From contig JBGQEL010000088.1 in the NCBI GenBank assembly GCA_041496385.1, positions 1-17,968 on the forward strand: 17,968 nucleotides of DNA, written 5' to 3'. Each line of letters opens with the position of its first letter. The first letter of the stretch is position 1. The notes below the pieces were generated by a model. That model saw only the letters and a list, made by a program, of their open reading frames with translations, was not told the origin of the DNA and did not search any database. The translations under genes were made by a program, and so were the position numbers. This document shows, one piece after another, positions 7,144 to 15,513 of the stretch. This DNA comes from Candidatus Methylomirabilia bacterium (GTDB lineage Bacteria > Methylomirabilota > Methylomirabilia > Rokubacteriales > CSP1-6).

Positions 7144-7949
7144 GACATCTCAAGGCGTGGCTCGGGATCGGCCTCACCGTGGCGGCGCTCGTCGCCGCCG
7201 CGCTGGCACCCTGGCTCGCGCCCCACGATCCGTTCCGGGCCGACTTCGTGCAGAGCCTGAAGCCGCCCGGGACGCCGGGCCACCCCCTCGGCACCGACCA
7301 GCTCGGCCGCGATCTCCTCGCGCGCGTGCTCCACGGCGCGCGCCTCGCGCTCTTCATCGGCGTCTGCACGGTGCTCATCACCGCCCTCGTGGGCGGCACG
7401 CTCGGCCTGCTCGCGGGGTTCGTCGAGCGCTGGCCGGCCGCCGTCCTCATGCGGATCGCCGACGTCCAGCTCTCGTTCCCGTTCATCCTGCTCGCGCTGA
7501 CGATCAACGCCATCGTCGGCCTCGGCCTGCGCAACATCATCCTCAGCCTTTCGGCGGCCGGATGGGTCGTGTATGCTCGCGTCGTGCGCGGCGAGGTGCT
7601 CTCCGTGAAGCAGCGCGACTACGTCCAGGCCGCCGCGGCCCTCGGCAACGGCCGCGCGCGGCTCCTCTTCCGCCACGTGCTGCCCAACGTCGCACCGTCG
7701 ATCATCGTCGTCGCGAGCCTCCAGTTCTCGTCCTTCATCGTGGCCGAGGCCGCGATCAGCTTTCTCGGATTCGGGATCCAGCCGCCGACGCCGGCCTGGG
7801 GGAGCATGCTCTCCGAGAGCCGCGATTTTCTCTACGTCGCCTGGTGGCTCGCCGCCTTCCCGGGCGCCGCCCTCGCGCTCACCGCGCTCGGCGTCAACCT
7901 GCTGGGCGACTGGCTGCGCGACACCCTCGACCCCAAGCTCAGAGTCTGA
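7140..7949 (+). CDS. Peptide/nickel ABC transporter permease (DppC/OppC-like)
   Basis: HPLGTDQLGRDLLAR, RDYVQAAAALG, RHVLPN, EAAISFLGFGIQPPTPAWG, GDWLRDTLDPK. GTGA overlap with the upstream permease. Confidence 0.95.
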   Translation: MRHLKAWLGIGLTVAALVAAALAPWLAPHDPFRADFVQSLKPPGTPGHPLGTDQLGRDLLARVLHGARLALFIGVCTVLITALVGGTLGLLAGFVERWPAAVLMRIADVQLSFPFILLALTINAIVGLGLRNIILSLSAAGWVVYARVVRGEVLSVKQRDYVQAAAALGNGRARLLFRHVLPNVAPSIIVVASLQFSSFIVAEAAISFLGFGIQPPTPAWGSMLSESRDFLYVAWWLAAFPGAALALTALGVNLLGDWLRDTLDPKLRV

Positions 7950-7965
7950 CGTAAAAGGAGACCGT

Positions 7966-9501
7966 ATGCGCCGCACGAACGTGCTGCTCGCCACTGTGCT
8001 CGCGCTGTCCCTGGTCGACGCGCCCCCGGCCGTCACCCAGGACCGCGTCAAGACGAAGGAGATCGTCGTCGGCCTCGGCGCCGAGCCGCGGACGATGCTC
8101 GGCGTGACGATCGTGGACTGGACGACGAACAACATGCTCGAGCACATCTACGACCGGCTGCTCGATCGCGACGCCAAGACGCTCAAGCCCAAGCCGATGC
8201 TCGCGACCGCCTGGAAGCTGGTCAACGAGACCACGTGGGAGTTCACCCTCCGGCAGGGCGTCAAGTTCCACAATGGGGAGCCGTTCAACGCGCAGTCGGT
8301 GAAGGCGACATTCGACTACATGCTCGACCCCGCGACCAAGAGCCACTACGCGACCGCCGCGTACTGGAAACCGCTCAAGGAGGTGCAGATCGTCAACGAC
8401 TACACGGTGCGGCTCGTCACCGAGAAGCCGTACCCGAGCCTGATCGACCACGCCTCGCTCACGGACCTGCTCCTCCTGCCCGCCAAGGCGCTCAAGGAGC
8501 TGGGGCCGCAGAAGCTCAACGAGCGCCCGATCGGTACCGGGCCGTTCAAGTTCGTCGAGTGGAAGCGCGACGAGCGGCTCGTCCTCGAGCGGAACCCCGA
8601 CTACTGGCAGGGGCCCGCCGACGTCAGCCGGGTCACCTTCCGCTTCGTCCCCGAGTTCAGCGCGCGGCTGGCCGCCCTCCTCTCGGGCGAGATCGACGTC
8701 ATGAAGGACGTCCCGCCCCACGTCGTCGAGGCCGTGGACAGGAGCGGGCGGGCGAAGGTCCGGGCGACCGTGTCCTCCCGCATCAACTATCTGGCCCTGC
8801 TCAACCTCAAGCCGGGACCGATGCAGGACGTTCGCGTGCGGCGCGCGATGAACCACGCCGTCGACGTCGACGAGCTCGTCGCGCAGGTCCTCAAGGGCCG
8901 CGCGACGAAGATGTGCGGGCCGCTCGCGCCCACCAACGTCGACTACGCGCCGGTGGACTGCTACAAGCACGATCCCGCGCGCGCCGTGGCCCTCTTCAAG
9001 GAGGCCGGCGTCGACCCCACCAAGCTCGCGCTCACGCTCGACACGCCGTCCGGGCGGTACCCGCTCGACAAGGACGTCTCGCTCGCGATCGCGGCGCAGC
9101 TCCAGCGGCTCGGCATCAAGACCAACGTCGTCGTGAACGAGTGGGGCACCCACCTCGACAAGATCAAGAACCGGAACACCGGCGACATGTTCTTCCTCGG
9201 CTGGGGCCCCGCGCTGCACGGCCAGGGGACGATCGAGCCGCTCTTCAAGGCGGAGGCGACGTACTCGTCCTACGGCAACAACAAGGTGCTCGACGAGAAG
9301 ATCGCGAAGGCGGTCACGATCGTCGACGCCAAGGTCCGCGCCGCCGCCTACGCCGAGCTGCAGAAGCTGGTGCACGACGAGGCGCCCTGGGTGTTCCTCT
9401 GGCAGCAGCACGATCTCTACGGCGTCGCGAGCCACATCGAGTGGACGCCGCGCGCCGACGAGAAGGTGTGGATGTACGACGCCAAGATCGTGGCGCGATA
9501 G
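7966..9501 (+). CDS. ABC transporter substrate-binding protein, family 5 (DppA/OppA/NikA-like)
   Basis: N-terminal signal peptide. LRQGVKFHNGEPF, PIGTGPFKF, LERNPDYW, DVRVRRAMNHAVD. AAGGAG SD upstream. Confidence 0.95.
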   Translation: MRRTNVLLATVLALSLVDAPPAVTQDRVKTKEIVVGLGAEPRTMLGVTIVDWTTNNMLEHIYDRLLDRDAKTLKPKPMLATAWKLVNETTWEFTLRQGVKFHNGEPFNAQSVKATFDYMLDPATKSHYATAAYWKPLKEVQIVNDYTVRLVTEKPYPSLIDHASLTDLLLLPAKALKELGPQKLNERPIGTGPFKFVEWKRDERLVLERNPDYWQGPADVSRVTFRFVPEFSARLAALLSGEIDVMKDVPPHVVEAVDRSGRAKVRATVSSRINYLALLNLKPGPMQDVRVRRAMNHAVDVDELVAQVLKGRATKMCGPLAPTNVDYAPVDCYKHDPARAVALFKEAGVDPTKLALTLDTPSGRYPLDKDVSLAIAAQLQRLGIKTNVVVNEWGTHLDKIKNRNTGDMFFLGWGPALHGQGTIEPLFKAEATYSSYGNNKVLDEKIAKAVTIVDAKVRAAAYAELQKLVHDEAPWVFLWQQHDLYGVASHIEWTPRADEKVWMYDAKIVAR

Positions 9502-9511
9502 CGGAGGTCCC

Positions 9512-10747
9512 ATGGCCCTGACGGTCTTCGCCAACGCATTTCTCATCGACTGCACCGGCGCCGATCCCAAGGAGGGCGCCGCCCTCGTCGTCGAGGACGA
9601 CCGGATCAAGGAGGTCATCCTCGGGGGCAAGGTCGGCCCGCTTCCCGGGCCCGTCACGACGCTCGACCTCAAGGGCGCGACGCTCATGCCGGGGCTCACC
9701 GACGCGCACGTCCACATCTGCGCCGTCACCGAGAACATCACCGACCAGCACCGTTTCTACCCCCCCTCGTACGTCGCCGCGCGGGCGATGCGGCGTGCCG
9801 AGGAGTGCCTCATGCAGGGCTTCACGACCGTGCGCGACGCCGGCGGTGCCGACTACGGCTTCCGGCTTCTCCTCGAGGAAGGGCACTTCCCGGGCCCGCG
9901 GCTCCTCGTCTCGGGCCACTACATCTCCCAGACCGGGGGCCACGGCGACAAGCGTCGCCGCGCGGAATGGACCCCGCCGATCGACTGCTGCATGGGCATG
10001 ATCGGCTCGATCGCCGACGGCGAGGCGGAGGTCCGCAAGGCCGTGCGCGAGCAGCTCCGCCGCGACGTGGACCAGATCAAGATCATGGCGTCGGGCGGCG
10101 CCATGTCGCCCTCCGACGAGCTCGACACGACACAGTTCACCGTCGCCGAGATGCGCGCCGCCGTCGAAGAGGCGCAGGCGGTCGGGAAATACGTGCTGGC
10201 CCATGCGTACTCGGATGCCGCCGTACGGAAGGCTATCGAAGCGGGCGTGAGCTCGATCGAGCACGGCAACCTCATCCGGGAGGCCGCGGCCAGGGCGATC
10301 AAGAACGCCGGCGCGTTCCTCGTGCCGACGATGGTGACGTACGAGGCGATCTATCGGGAGGGCAAGCGCTACGGGATCGGCGACCACCAAATCCAGAAGA
10401 TCGACCTGGCGCGCCAGCAGTCCGTCCAGGGGCTGACGTACGCCTACAAGGCCGGCTGCAAGATCGGCTCGGGCTCCGATCTCCTCGGCGACATGATGGT
10501 CCAGCGCGCCGTCGAGTTCGAGCTGAAGGGCCAGGTGATGAAGCCGATGGAGGTCCTGCTCTCCGCGACGAAGGTGAACGCCGAGCTGTTCCGGATGCAG
10601 GACAGGATCGGCACGGCCGAGGCGGGCAAGTACGCGGACCTGATCGTCGTCGCGGGCAACCCCCTCAAGAATCTGCGGGTCTTCCAGATCCAGGACAGCC
10701 TGAAGGTCATCATGAAGGGCGGCCGTGTCTACAAGCAGACCCTCTGA
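9512..10747 (+). CDS. Metal-dependent amidohydrolase (Xaa-Pro dipeptidase/carboxypeptidase-like subgroup)
   Basis: MPGLTDAHVH (HxH), GFTTVRDAGG, GGHGD, IKIMASGG (carboxylated Lys), AHA, SIEHG, GSD, GKYADLIV. GGAGG SD upstream. Confidence 0.93.
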   Translation: MALTVFANAFLIDCTGADPKEGAALVVEDDRIKEVILGGKVGPLPGPVTTLDLKGATLMPGLTDAHVHICAVTENITDQHRFYPPSYVAARAMRRAEECLMQGFTTVRDAGGADYGFRLLLEEGHFPGPRLLVSGHYISQTGGHGDKRRRAEWTPPIDCCMGMIGSIADGEAEVRKAVREQLRRDVDQIKIMASGGAMSPSDELDTTQFTVAEMRAAVEEAQAVGKYVLAHAYSDAAVRKAIEAGVSSIEHGNLIREAAARAIKNAGAFLVPTMVTYEAIYREGKRYGIGDHQIQKIDLARQQSVQGLTYAYKAGCKIGSGSDLLGDMMVQRAVEFELKGQVMKPMEVLLSATKVNAELFRMQDRIGTAEAGKYADLIVVAGNPLKNLRVFQIQDSLKVIMKGGRVYKQTL

Positions 10748-10973
10748 GCACCAGGACGCGATCCTCGACTAGTTCACGCGCCAGGCCGTCCCCTTCTCGA
10801 CGGCGCCCGGGATCAAGGACGCGGCGGCGCTCCGGCTGATCGTCGAGTTCGCCGGCGCCGGCCCCCACGACACGGTGCTCGACGTCGCCTGCGGCGGCGT
10901 CCAGGCCCGGCGCGACAGAGACCTGACTCGCTACGGGTATCCCGTCGCCGTCCTCGCGGCCCGGCGCGCCTGA
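10746..10973 (+). pseudogene. Remnant of a class I SAM-dependent methyltransferase (premature stop, large internal deletion)
   Basis: My translation from 10746: EHQDAILD*FTRQAVPFSTAPGIKDAAALRLIVEFAGAGPHDTVLDVACGG-VQARRDRDLTRYGYPVAVLAARRA*. SAM motif I VLDVACGG at 10875-10898, in-frame TAG at 10770-10772, no start codon, only about 75 codons. Confidence 0.8.
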
Positions 10974-10991
10974 GTCCGCGCCGGGCCCGGG

Positions 10992-11000
10992 TGGTAGACT
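10992..11000 (+). promoter_or_regulatory. Extended -10 (TGgTAGACT) for a probably leaderless dusB transcript
   Basis: TG at 10992-10993, TAGACT at 10995-11000, ATG 8 nt downstream, no SD. Confidence 0.5.
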
Positions 11001-11008
11001 GATCCGTC

Positions 11009-11908
11009 ATGACGCTCGATCTTCGTCTGGCCCCCATGGCGGCGGTGACGAACCCGCCGTTCAGGCTCGTCGCGCGCGAGTGCGGCGCGGGGCTCCTCAC
11101 CAGCGAGGAGATCGACGCGCGCGGCCTCGTCGAGGGCAGCGCGCGCACGGCCGAGCTGGCGCGCTGGCTCCCCGAGGAGCATCCGATCGCGCTGCAGCTC
11201 CTGGGGTCGGACCCCGACGCGCTCGCCGAGGCCGCGCGCCGGCTCGAGGCCGCGGGCGCCGACCGCGTGGACCTCAACATGGGCTGCCCCGTCGCGAAGA
11301 TCGTCACCAAGGGTCAGGGCGCCGCGCTGATGCGCGATCCGCTCGGCGCTGCCGTGGTGCTCCGGACGATGCGCAAGGCGATCGGCGTGCCGCTCACGAT
11401 CAAGATCCGTGGCGGCTGGGACGCGCACACGCTGAACGCCGTCGAGATCGCCCGGATCGCCGAGGGCGAGGGCGTGAACGCGATCACCGTTCACCCGCGC
11501 ACGCGCTCCCAGCAGTTCTCCGGCCTGGCGCCCTGGGCGGTCATCGCCGCGGTGGTGGATGCGGTCGCGATCCCCGTGACCGGCAACGGCGACGTGCGGA
11601 GCGCCGGGGACGCGCGCGCCATGGTCGCGGCCACCGGCTGCGCCGCGGTCATGATCGGCCGCGGCGCCCTCGGCGCGCCGTGGATCTTCCACGGCGAGGA
11701 CGTCCCGCGCGAGGAGAAGGCGCGGATCATCCGGCGCCACTGCGCGCTCATCGAGACGCACCTGCCGTCCCGCACGGCGCTCGTCCAGCGCAAGAAGCAT
11801 CTCGCGTGGTACGCGCACGGCCTCCCGGGTGCGGCGCGGATGCGCGAGGATCTCTTCCGCGCGGCGAGCCCGGCGGAGGTCGACGACGTGTTCTGGGCGA
11901 CCTGGTGA
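11009..11908 (+). CDS. dusB: tRNA-dihydrouridine synthase (DusB-like)
   Basis: LAPMA, LQLLGSDP, VDLNMGCP (catalytic Cys), GAALMRDP, TIKIRGGWD, TVHPRT, GNGDV, VMIGRGALGAPWIF, KKHLAWY. Confidence 0.9.
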   Translation: MTLDLRLAPMAAVTNPPFRLVARECGAGLLTSEEIDARGLVEGSARTAELARWLPEEHPIALQLLGSDPDALAEAARRLEAAGADRVDLNMGCPVAKIVTKGQGAALMRDPLGAAVVLRTMRKAIGVPLTIKIRGGWDAHTLNAVEIARIAEGEGVNAITVHPRTRSQQFSGLAPWAVIAAVVDAVAIPVTGNGDVRSAGDARAMVAATGCAAVMIGRGALGAPWIFHGEDVPREEKARIIRRHCALIETHLPSRTALVQRKKHLAWYAHGLPGAARMREDLFRAASPAEVDDVFWATW

Positions 11909-12351
11909 CCCAGCGCTACTTCGAGGACTTCGCGATCGGCGACCGCTTCGCGAGCCCGTCGAAGACGCTCACCGACGCCCACTTCCTCTTCTTCGCGGGC
12001 ATGACGGGCGACGCCCACCCGATCCATTACGATGACGAGTACGCCAGGAAGACGCGCTTCGGCCGGCGCCTCGCCCACGGCCTCCTGCTCACCTCGATGA
12101 CCGCCGTCGGCGCCTCGACCCTCGCCCCCGTCATCGAGGCGTCGATCGTCGCGTTCGTCGAGCAGCGGACGCGCTTCGTCGCGCCCGCCTTCCTCGGCGA
12201 TACCGTCTATCCGGCGCACGAGGTGGTCGGCCTCGAGCGCAAGCGCTCGGCCGGGCTCCTCACGCTGCGCGTGGCGCTCCGGAACCAGCGCGACGAGATC
12301 GTCCTCGAGGGCGAGCACAAGTATCTGATCGCCTACCGGCCCGCCGCGTAA
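11905..12351 (+). CDS. MaoC-like (hot-dog fold) dehydratase
   Basis: C-terminal part of ORF 11080..12351. GTG 11905 overlaps the dus stop; 148 aa. YFEDFAIGD, FAGMTGDAHPIHYD (hydratase-2 D..H motif), FGRRLAHG, RFVAPAFLGDT. Confidence 0.92.
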   Translation: MTQRYFEDFAIGDRFASPSKTLTDAHFLFFAGMTGDAHPIHYDDEYARKTRFGRRLAHGLLLTSMTAVGASTLAPVIEASIVAFVEQRTRFVAPAFLGDTVYPAHEVVGLERKRSAGLLTLRVALRNQRDEIVLEGEHKYLIAYRPAA

Positions 12352-12353
12352 GG

Positions 12354-12908
12354 CTAGAAGACCGCGTACAGGTGGTACCAGGGCGCGCCGAGCGATTTCA
12401 TCCTCGTCTTGGACCGGCCCTCGGTGATCGGCCCCGGCAGGTACACGAGGCCGCACTCGTCGATGACGCCGCAGCCGTCGGAGATGAACCGCAGTTCCGA
12501 TTCATGGATGTCGACACGCCGGACGGGGAAGAGTCCCACCCACGCGGGCACGGCGCCCGGTCCCTGCGACAGCGCGACGCGTCTGGCATCCTCGAGCGCC
12601 GGGCGGCTGAGGTGGAAGCGGAGGCGAAAGAGCGGATTGCCGGGCGACTGTGAAGACAGGAAGAGGAGGAGCAGTGCGCCCGCCGCGAGAGGGTGCACGA
12701 GCCACGCAAGCATTCCCCGGCGACTGACCGGCCGGCGCGTGAGCACCAGCCCGAGCGAAGCGACGCCGAAGAGAACGGTGACGGCGAAGGTGACGAGAAA
12801 GAACGGAAACGCGAGACCGGTACTGCTCAGCGACTCGAGCAGGAATACGAGCCAGCAGGCCGAGAAAAGGAAGAATCCTCGCTGTAGGTGCGGAACCACG
12901 AAACTCAC
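12354..12908 (-). CDS. Hypothetical membrane protein (about 3 N-terminal TM helices plus a small soluble domain)
   Basis: 184 aa with hydrophobic N-terminal segments and a C-terminal CGVIDECG Cys pair. Fills the space between neighbours exactly, with a GTGA-coupled start. Confidence 0.7.
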   Translation of the reverse strand: MSFVVPHLQRGFFLFSACWLVFLLESLSSTGLAFPFFLVTFAVTVLFGVASLGLVLTRRPVSRRGMLAWLVHPLAAGALLLLFLSSQSPGNPLFRLRFHLSRPALEDARRVALSQGPGAVPAWVGLFPVRRVDIHESELRFISDGCGVIDECGLVYLPGPITEGRSKTRMKSLGAPWYHLYAVF

Positions 12909-12988
12909 GGCGTCAGCCGAGCCGCGTCGATGTCGCGGGCGTTGAAGGCCGCGTAGGCGGCGCGGAGCAGGCGGTGCCCGGACGTCAT
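12905..12988 (-). pseudogene. 27-codon remnant of a SnoaL/NTF2-like (ketosteroid isomerase-like) gene
   Basis: MTSGHRLLRAAYAAFNARDIDAA-RLTP*. The 'AYAAFNARDIDAA' helix is the typical SnoaL-like N-terminus. ATG overlaps the GNAT stop (ATGA). The rest of the domain is absent. Confidence 0.75.
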
Positions 12989-13431
12989 AGCGCCATGAGA
13001 TGCGTGCAGTCGGCGACCTCGCTGCACCGACGGAAACCTATCCTCTCGTAGAATCGTGCGGCGGCAGGATTGTCCGTGCGCAGTCGAAGATGGTCGAATG
13101 AGCGTCGCGCCGCCTCGATGACCTCCCCGACGAGTCGCCGGCCGACGCCGAGCCGCCGATGCGTCGACATGACGTACAGGTGGCGGACCCTGCCGACGCG
13201 TGGCGCGGTCGTGTACGGATCGACGTTGAGCCCACACACCCCGATCATGCGCTCGTCCAACAGGGCGGCGAAGAGAGCCTCGCCGGTACGATCGAACCGG
13301 TTCCGGCCGGCGGCCCACTCCTCGGCGAGTCGACGGACGAATCGCAATCCGGCTCGCTCGCTCTCGGCGGCCATGGGCGCGATGCGATCGGGCGGCAGCT
13401 CGATCAGGCGTTCGATTCGTCCGGAGTCCAT
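12985..13431 (-). CDS. GNAT family N-acetyltransferase
   Basis: IGVCGLNVDPY, RVRHLYVMSTHRRLGVGRRLV (acetyl-CoA binding R/QxxGxG), AARFYERIGF. Confidence 0.92.
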   Translation of the reverse strand: MDSGRIERLIELPPDRIAPMAAESERAGLRFVRRLAEEWAAGRNRFDRTGEALFAALLDERMIGVCGLNVDPYTTAPRVGRVRHLYVMSTHRRLGVGRRLVGEVIEAARRSFDHLRLRTDNPAAARFYERIGFRRCSEVADCTHLMAL

Positions 13432-13994
13432 CCGACCTTCTCGGCCCAGAGCGACGCGGCTTCGTAGATGATGTGCAGGACGGGGTCTTTCAGCCGGAGA
13501 TACCCGTCGATGTCCTCCGGGAAGATCTCCGCCGCGCGGCGTTTCAGGAGCTCGTACTGGACGCGCACGTCCTCCGATGCGCGAAGATAGTCGCGAAACA
13601 GCAGCGCGTATCGCTGGTTGAATCGCCCGACCTCCCGGATGTGGATGTGGGTTCGCCGTTCATGCGACGGCTCCCGCATGTAGAGCTTGCACAGCTCAGG
13701 ATCCGTCGTGGGCTTCTTGTGAAAGACATCGTACTGAAATGCGCCGCCGTGGCGGAACCCGGCGGCGCTGAGCGGGTTCGTGACACCGTCGGCCGCGTCC
13801 AGGTCGGACACCGTGATCTGGATGTCGATGACGTCCTTGGCGCCAAGTCCTGGAACCGCGGTCGACCCGACGTGATCGATGCGAAGCGCGGCGCGTCCGC
13901 TCAGCTGACGGATGCGTCCGGCGATCCGCGTGAACTCGCTCGCCCAGCGGGGTTGATACGAGGCCACCACGACCGGGCGAGGCTCTCTGGTCAC
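13404..13994 (-). CDS. GrpB family protein (UPF0157 nucleotidyltransferase-like)
   Basis: YQPRWASEF, RIDHVGSTAVPGLGAKDVIDIQI, THIHIR, LLFRDYLR, YELLKR, Y..LKD. Confidence 0.92.
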   Translation of the reverse strand: MTREPRPVVVASYQPRWASEFTRIAGRIRQLSGRAALRIDHVGSTAVPGLGAKDVIDIQITVSDLDAADGVTNPLSAAGFRHGGAFQYDVFHKKPTTDPELCKLYMREPSHERRTHIHIREVGRFNQRYALLFRDYLRASEDVRVQYELLKRRAAEIFPEDIDGYLRLKDPVLHIIYEAASLWAEKVGWTPDESNA

Positions 13995-13997
13995 CCC

Positions 13998-14366
13998 CTA
14001 CAGGCTCTGGCCGAAGTACAGGGTGTGCCCCTGGTCGTCCTTGATGGCGAGCTCCTTCGTTCCCCAGGGGGTCTCGTGCACGTCCTTCAGGAGGCGAACC
14101 CCCTTCTTCTTCAACGCGTCCGCCACGGCCGCGACGTCATCCGTCTCGAGATAGAGATGGAAATGTCCGCCCCTGTCGACGAACTCAATGGACGGATCTT
14201 TCTCATCCACGAGTTTCAGGTGAAAGACCTGCGTGCCTGCCCGGATGCCGGCGTAGAAGTCCTGGTACTGGAACTCGAGCGTCAGCCCGACCGAGGCGGT
14301 GTAGAAGCGGACTGATGCCGCGAGGTCCGTGGTCCGCAGCTGTGCGATTGCGCTCGAAATCCGCAT
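13998..14366 (-). CDS. VOC family (glyoxalase/bleomycin resistance) protein
   Basis: DLAASVRFY...GL, LYLETDDV, ETPWGTKELAIKDDQGHTLYF. AAGGAG SD upstream. Confidence 0.9.
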   Translation of the reverse strand: MRISSAIAQLRTTDLAASVRFYTASVGLTLEFQYQDFYAGIRAGTQVFHLKLVDEKDPSIEFVDRGGHFHLYLETDDVAAVADALKKKGVRLLKDVHETPWGTKELAIKDDQGHTLYFGQSL

Positions 14367-14378
14367 CGCCTCACTCCT

Positions 14379-14849
14379 TCATCTCAAGGAACCCAGCGCC
14401 CAGGCCGCGAGCAACGCAATGGCGAGACCCGCCGGCAAAGTCCATGCGGCGAGCTTGAACACGGCGCCCGTCGCTTCGCGGAAACTCGCACCAGTGTAGC
14501 CGACCGCCTCAGCGTCGAATACATGTCGGGCAGGCGCAACCAGCCAGGCCGCGCAGTTCGCCAGCGCGTAGCCGAGACACATCGCTCCCGGCGCGGGAGC
14601 GAACACCATCAGGAAACTGAGCATGAAGACGGAGAAGCTCACGCCTTCGCCCCAAAAGTCGTGAAGACGGTGTTGCGGGTACACCGTGACATGGAAGGCC
14701 CAGACGAGCCGGAACAGCCCATACCAAACGCCGAGCCAGCCGGCAAGACCAAGAGGTATAAGAATGAAATTCCACACACTCCTGCGTCGCTGCGCTCTGC
14801 GCAGGGCTTCCGCATACCACTCGGCCGCGCGCTGGGCGAATGGGCGCAT
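14379..14849 (-). CDS. Hypothetical membrane protein (about 3 TM helices)
   Basis: 156 aa with three hydrophobic stretches. Fits between the LysE and VOC genes with 12-nt gaps on the same strand. Confidence 0.7.
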   Translation of the reverse strand: MRPFAQRAAEWYAEALRRAQRRRSVWNFILIPLGLAGWLGVWYGLFRLVWAFHVTVYPQHRLHDFWGEGVSFSVFMLSFLMVFAPAPGAMCLGYALANCAAWLVAPARHVFDAEAVGYTGASFREATGAVFKLAAWTLPAGLAIALLAAWALGSLR

Positions 14850-14861
14850 GGCGTTTGATCC

Positions 14862-15497
14862 CTATCGGCTTTCGGTCGCCAGGCGCGCGCCAAGGCCGAT
14901 CAGCACGGCCCCGACGGCGCCCTCGACGACGCGACGAACCTTCGGCTGCCGCAGGAAGCCACCCACCACCGAGACTGCCAGCGCATAGACGACAAGCCAC
15001 GTGAGCGTGAGCAGCGAGAAGATCACACAGAGCAGGACGAGGGAAGAGAACATGCCCTGCCCGGGCGGAGCAAACTGCGGAAGAATGCTCGCAAAGAACG
15101 CCGCCATCTTGGGATTTCCGAGATTGTTGACGATGCCCTGGCGGAGTGCGACGACGGGGCGGAGGCGCGTGCGGACACCGGCTTCGGTCGCGGCTGTCGC
15201 GCGATTCGCTGGACGAAGCGCCATGAAAAGGGAGTGCGCGCCCAGGCCGATGAGATACGCGGCGCCCGCGAGCTTCACGGTGTGGAACACCGGCTCCGAC
15301 GCCAGCAGCATCGCGACCATGCCGGCACTCGTCGCGATCGCCCACGTCAGCTGACCGATCGTGACGCCAAGGGCCGTGAAGACGCCGCCGGATCGCCCGC
15401 CCAGAAGGGTGTTCCTGATCGTCAGGACGGTGTCGGGTCCGGGTGTCACGATCACCAGAATCGAGATACCGAGAAACGCGAGCATGGAGGTGTCCAC
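14862..15497 (-). CDS. LysE/RhtB family amino-acid exporter
   Basis: IVTPGPD, KLAGAAYLIGLG, NNLGNPKMAAFFASILPQF, GAVLIGLGARL. GGAGG SD upstream of GTG. Confidence 0.93.
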   Translation of the reverse strand: MDTSMLAFLGISILVIVTPGPDTVLTIRNTLLGGRSGGVFTALGVTIGQLTWAIATSAGMVAMLLASEPVFHTVKLAGAAYLIGLGAHSLFMALRPANRATAATEAGVRTRLRPVVALRQGIVNNLGNPKMAAFFASILPQFAPPGQGMFSSLVLLCVIFSLLTLTWLVVYALAVSVVGGFLRQPKVRRVVEGAVGAVLIGLGARLATESR

Positions 15498-15513
15498 GGC
15501 CGTCCTCCCTCGT

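Noticed and set aside
332..10390. Long alternative-frame and antisense ORFs (e.g. 332..1612 -, 421..1710 +, 2614..4926 +, 3110..5002 -, 5197..6885 -, 7939..9741 -, 9314..10390 -)
   Set aside because: Shadow ORFs expected in very high-GC DNA. They are Arg/Gly/Ala/Pro-rich or mirror the codon pattern of well-supported genes, and carry no family motifs.
10770..10772. In-frame TAG as pyrrolysine or stop-codon readthrough
   Set aside because: The surrounding frame also lacks a start and most of the domain, TAG is used as a normal stop elsewhere in the window, and a single C-to-T change from CAG explains it.
10981..10990. Perfect palindrome CCGGGCCCGG as a terminator or operator
   Set aside because: All-GC, no loop or U-tract, and likely by chance at this composition.
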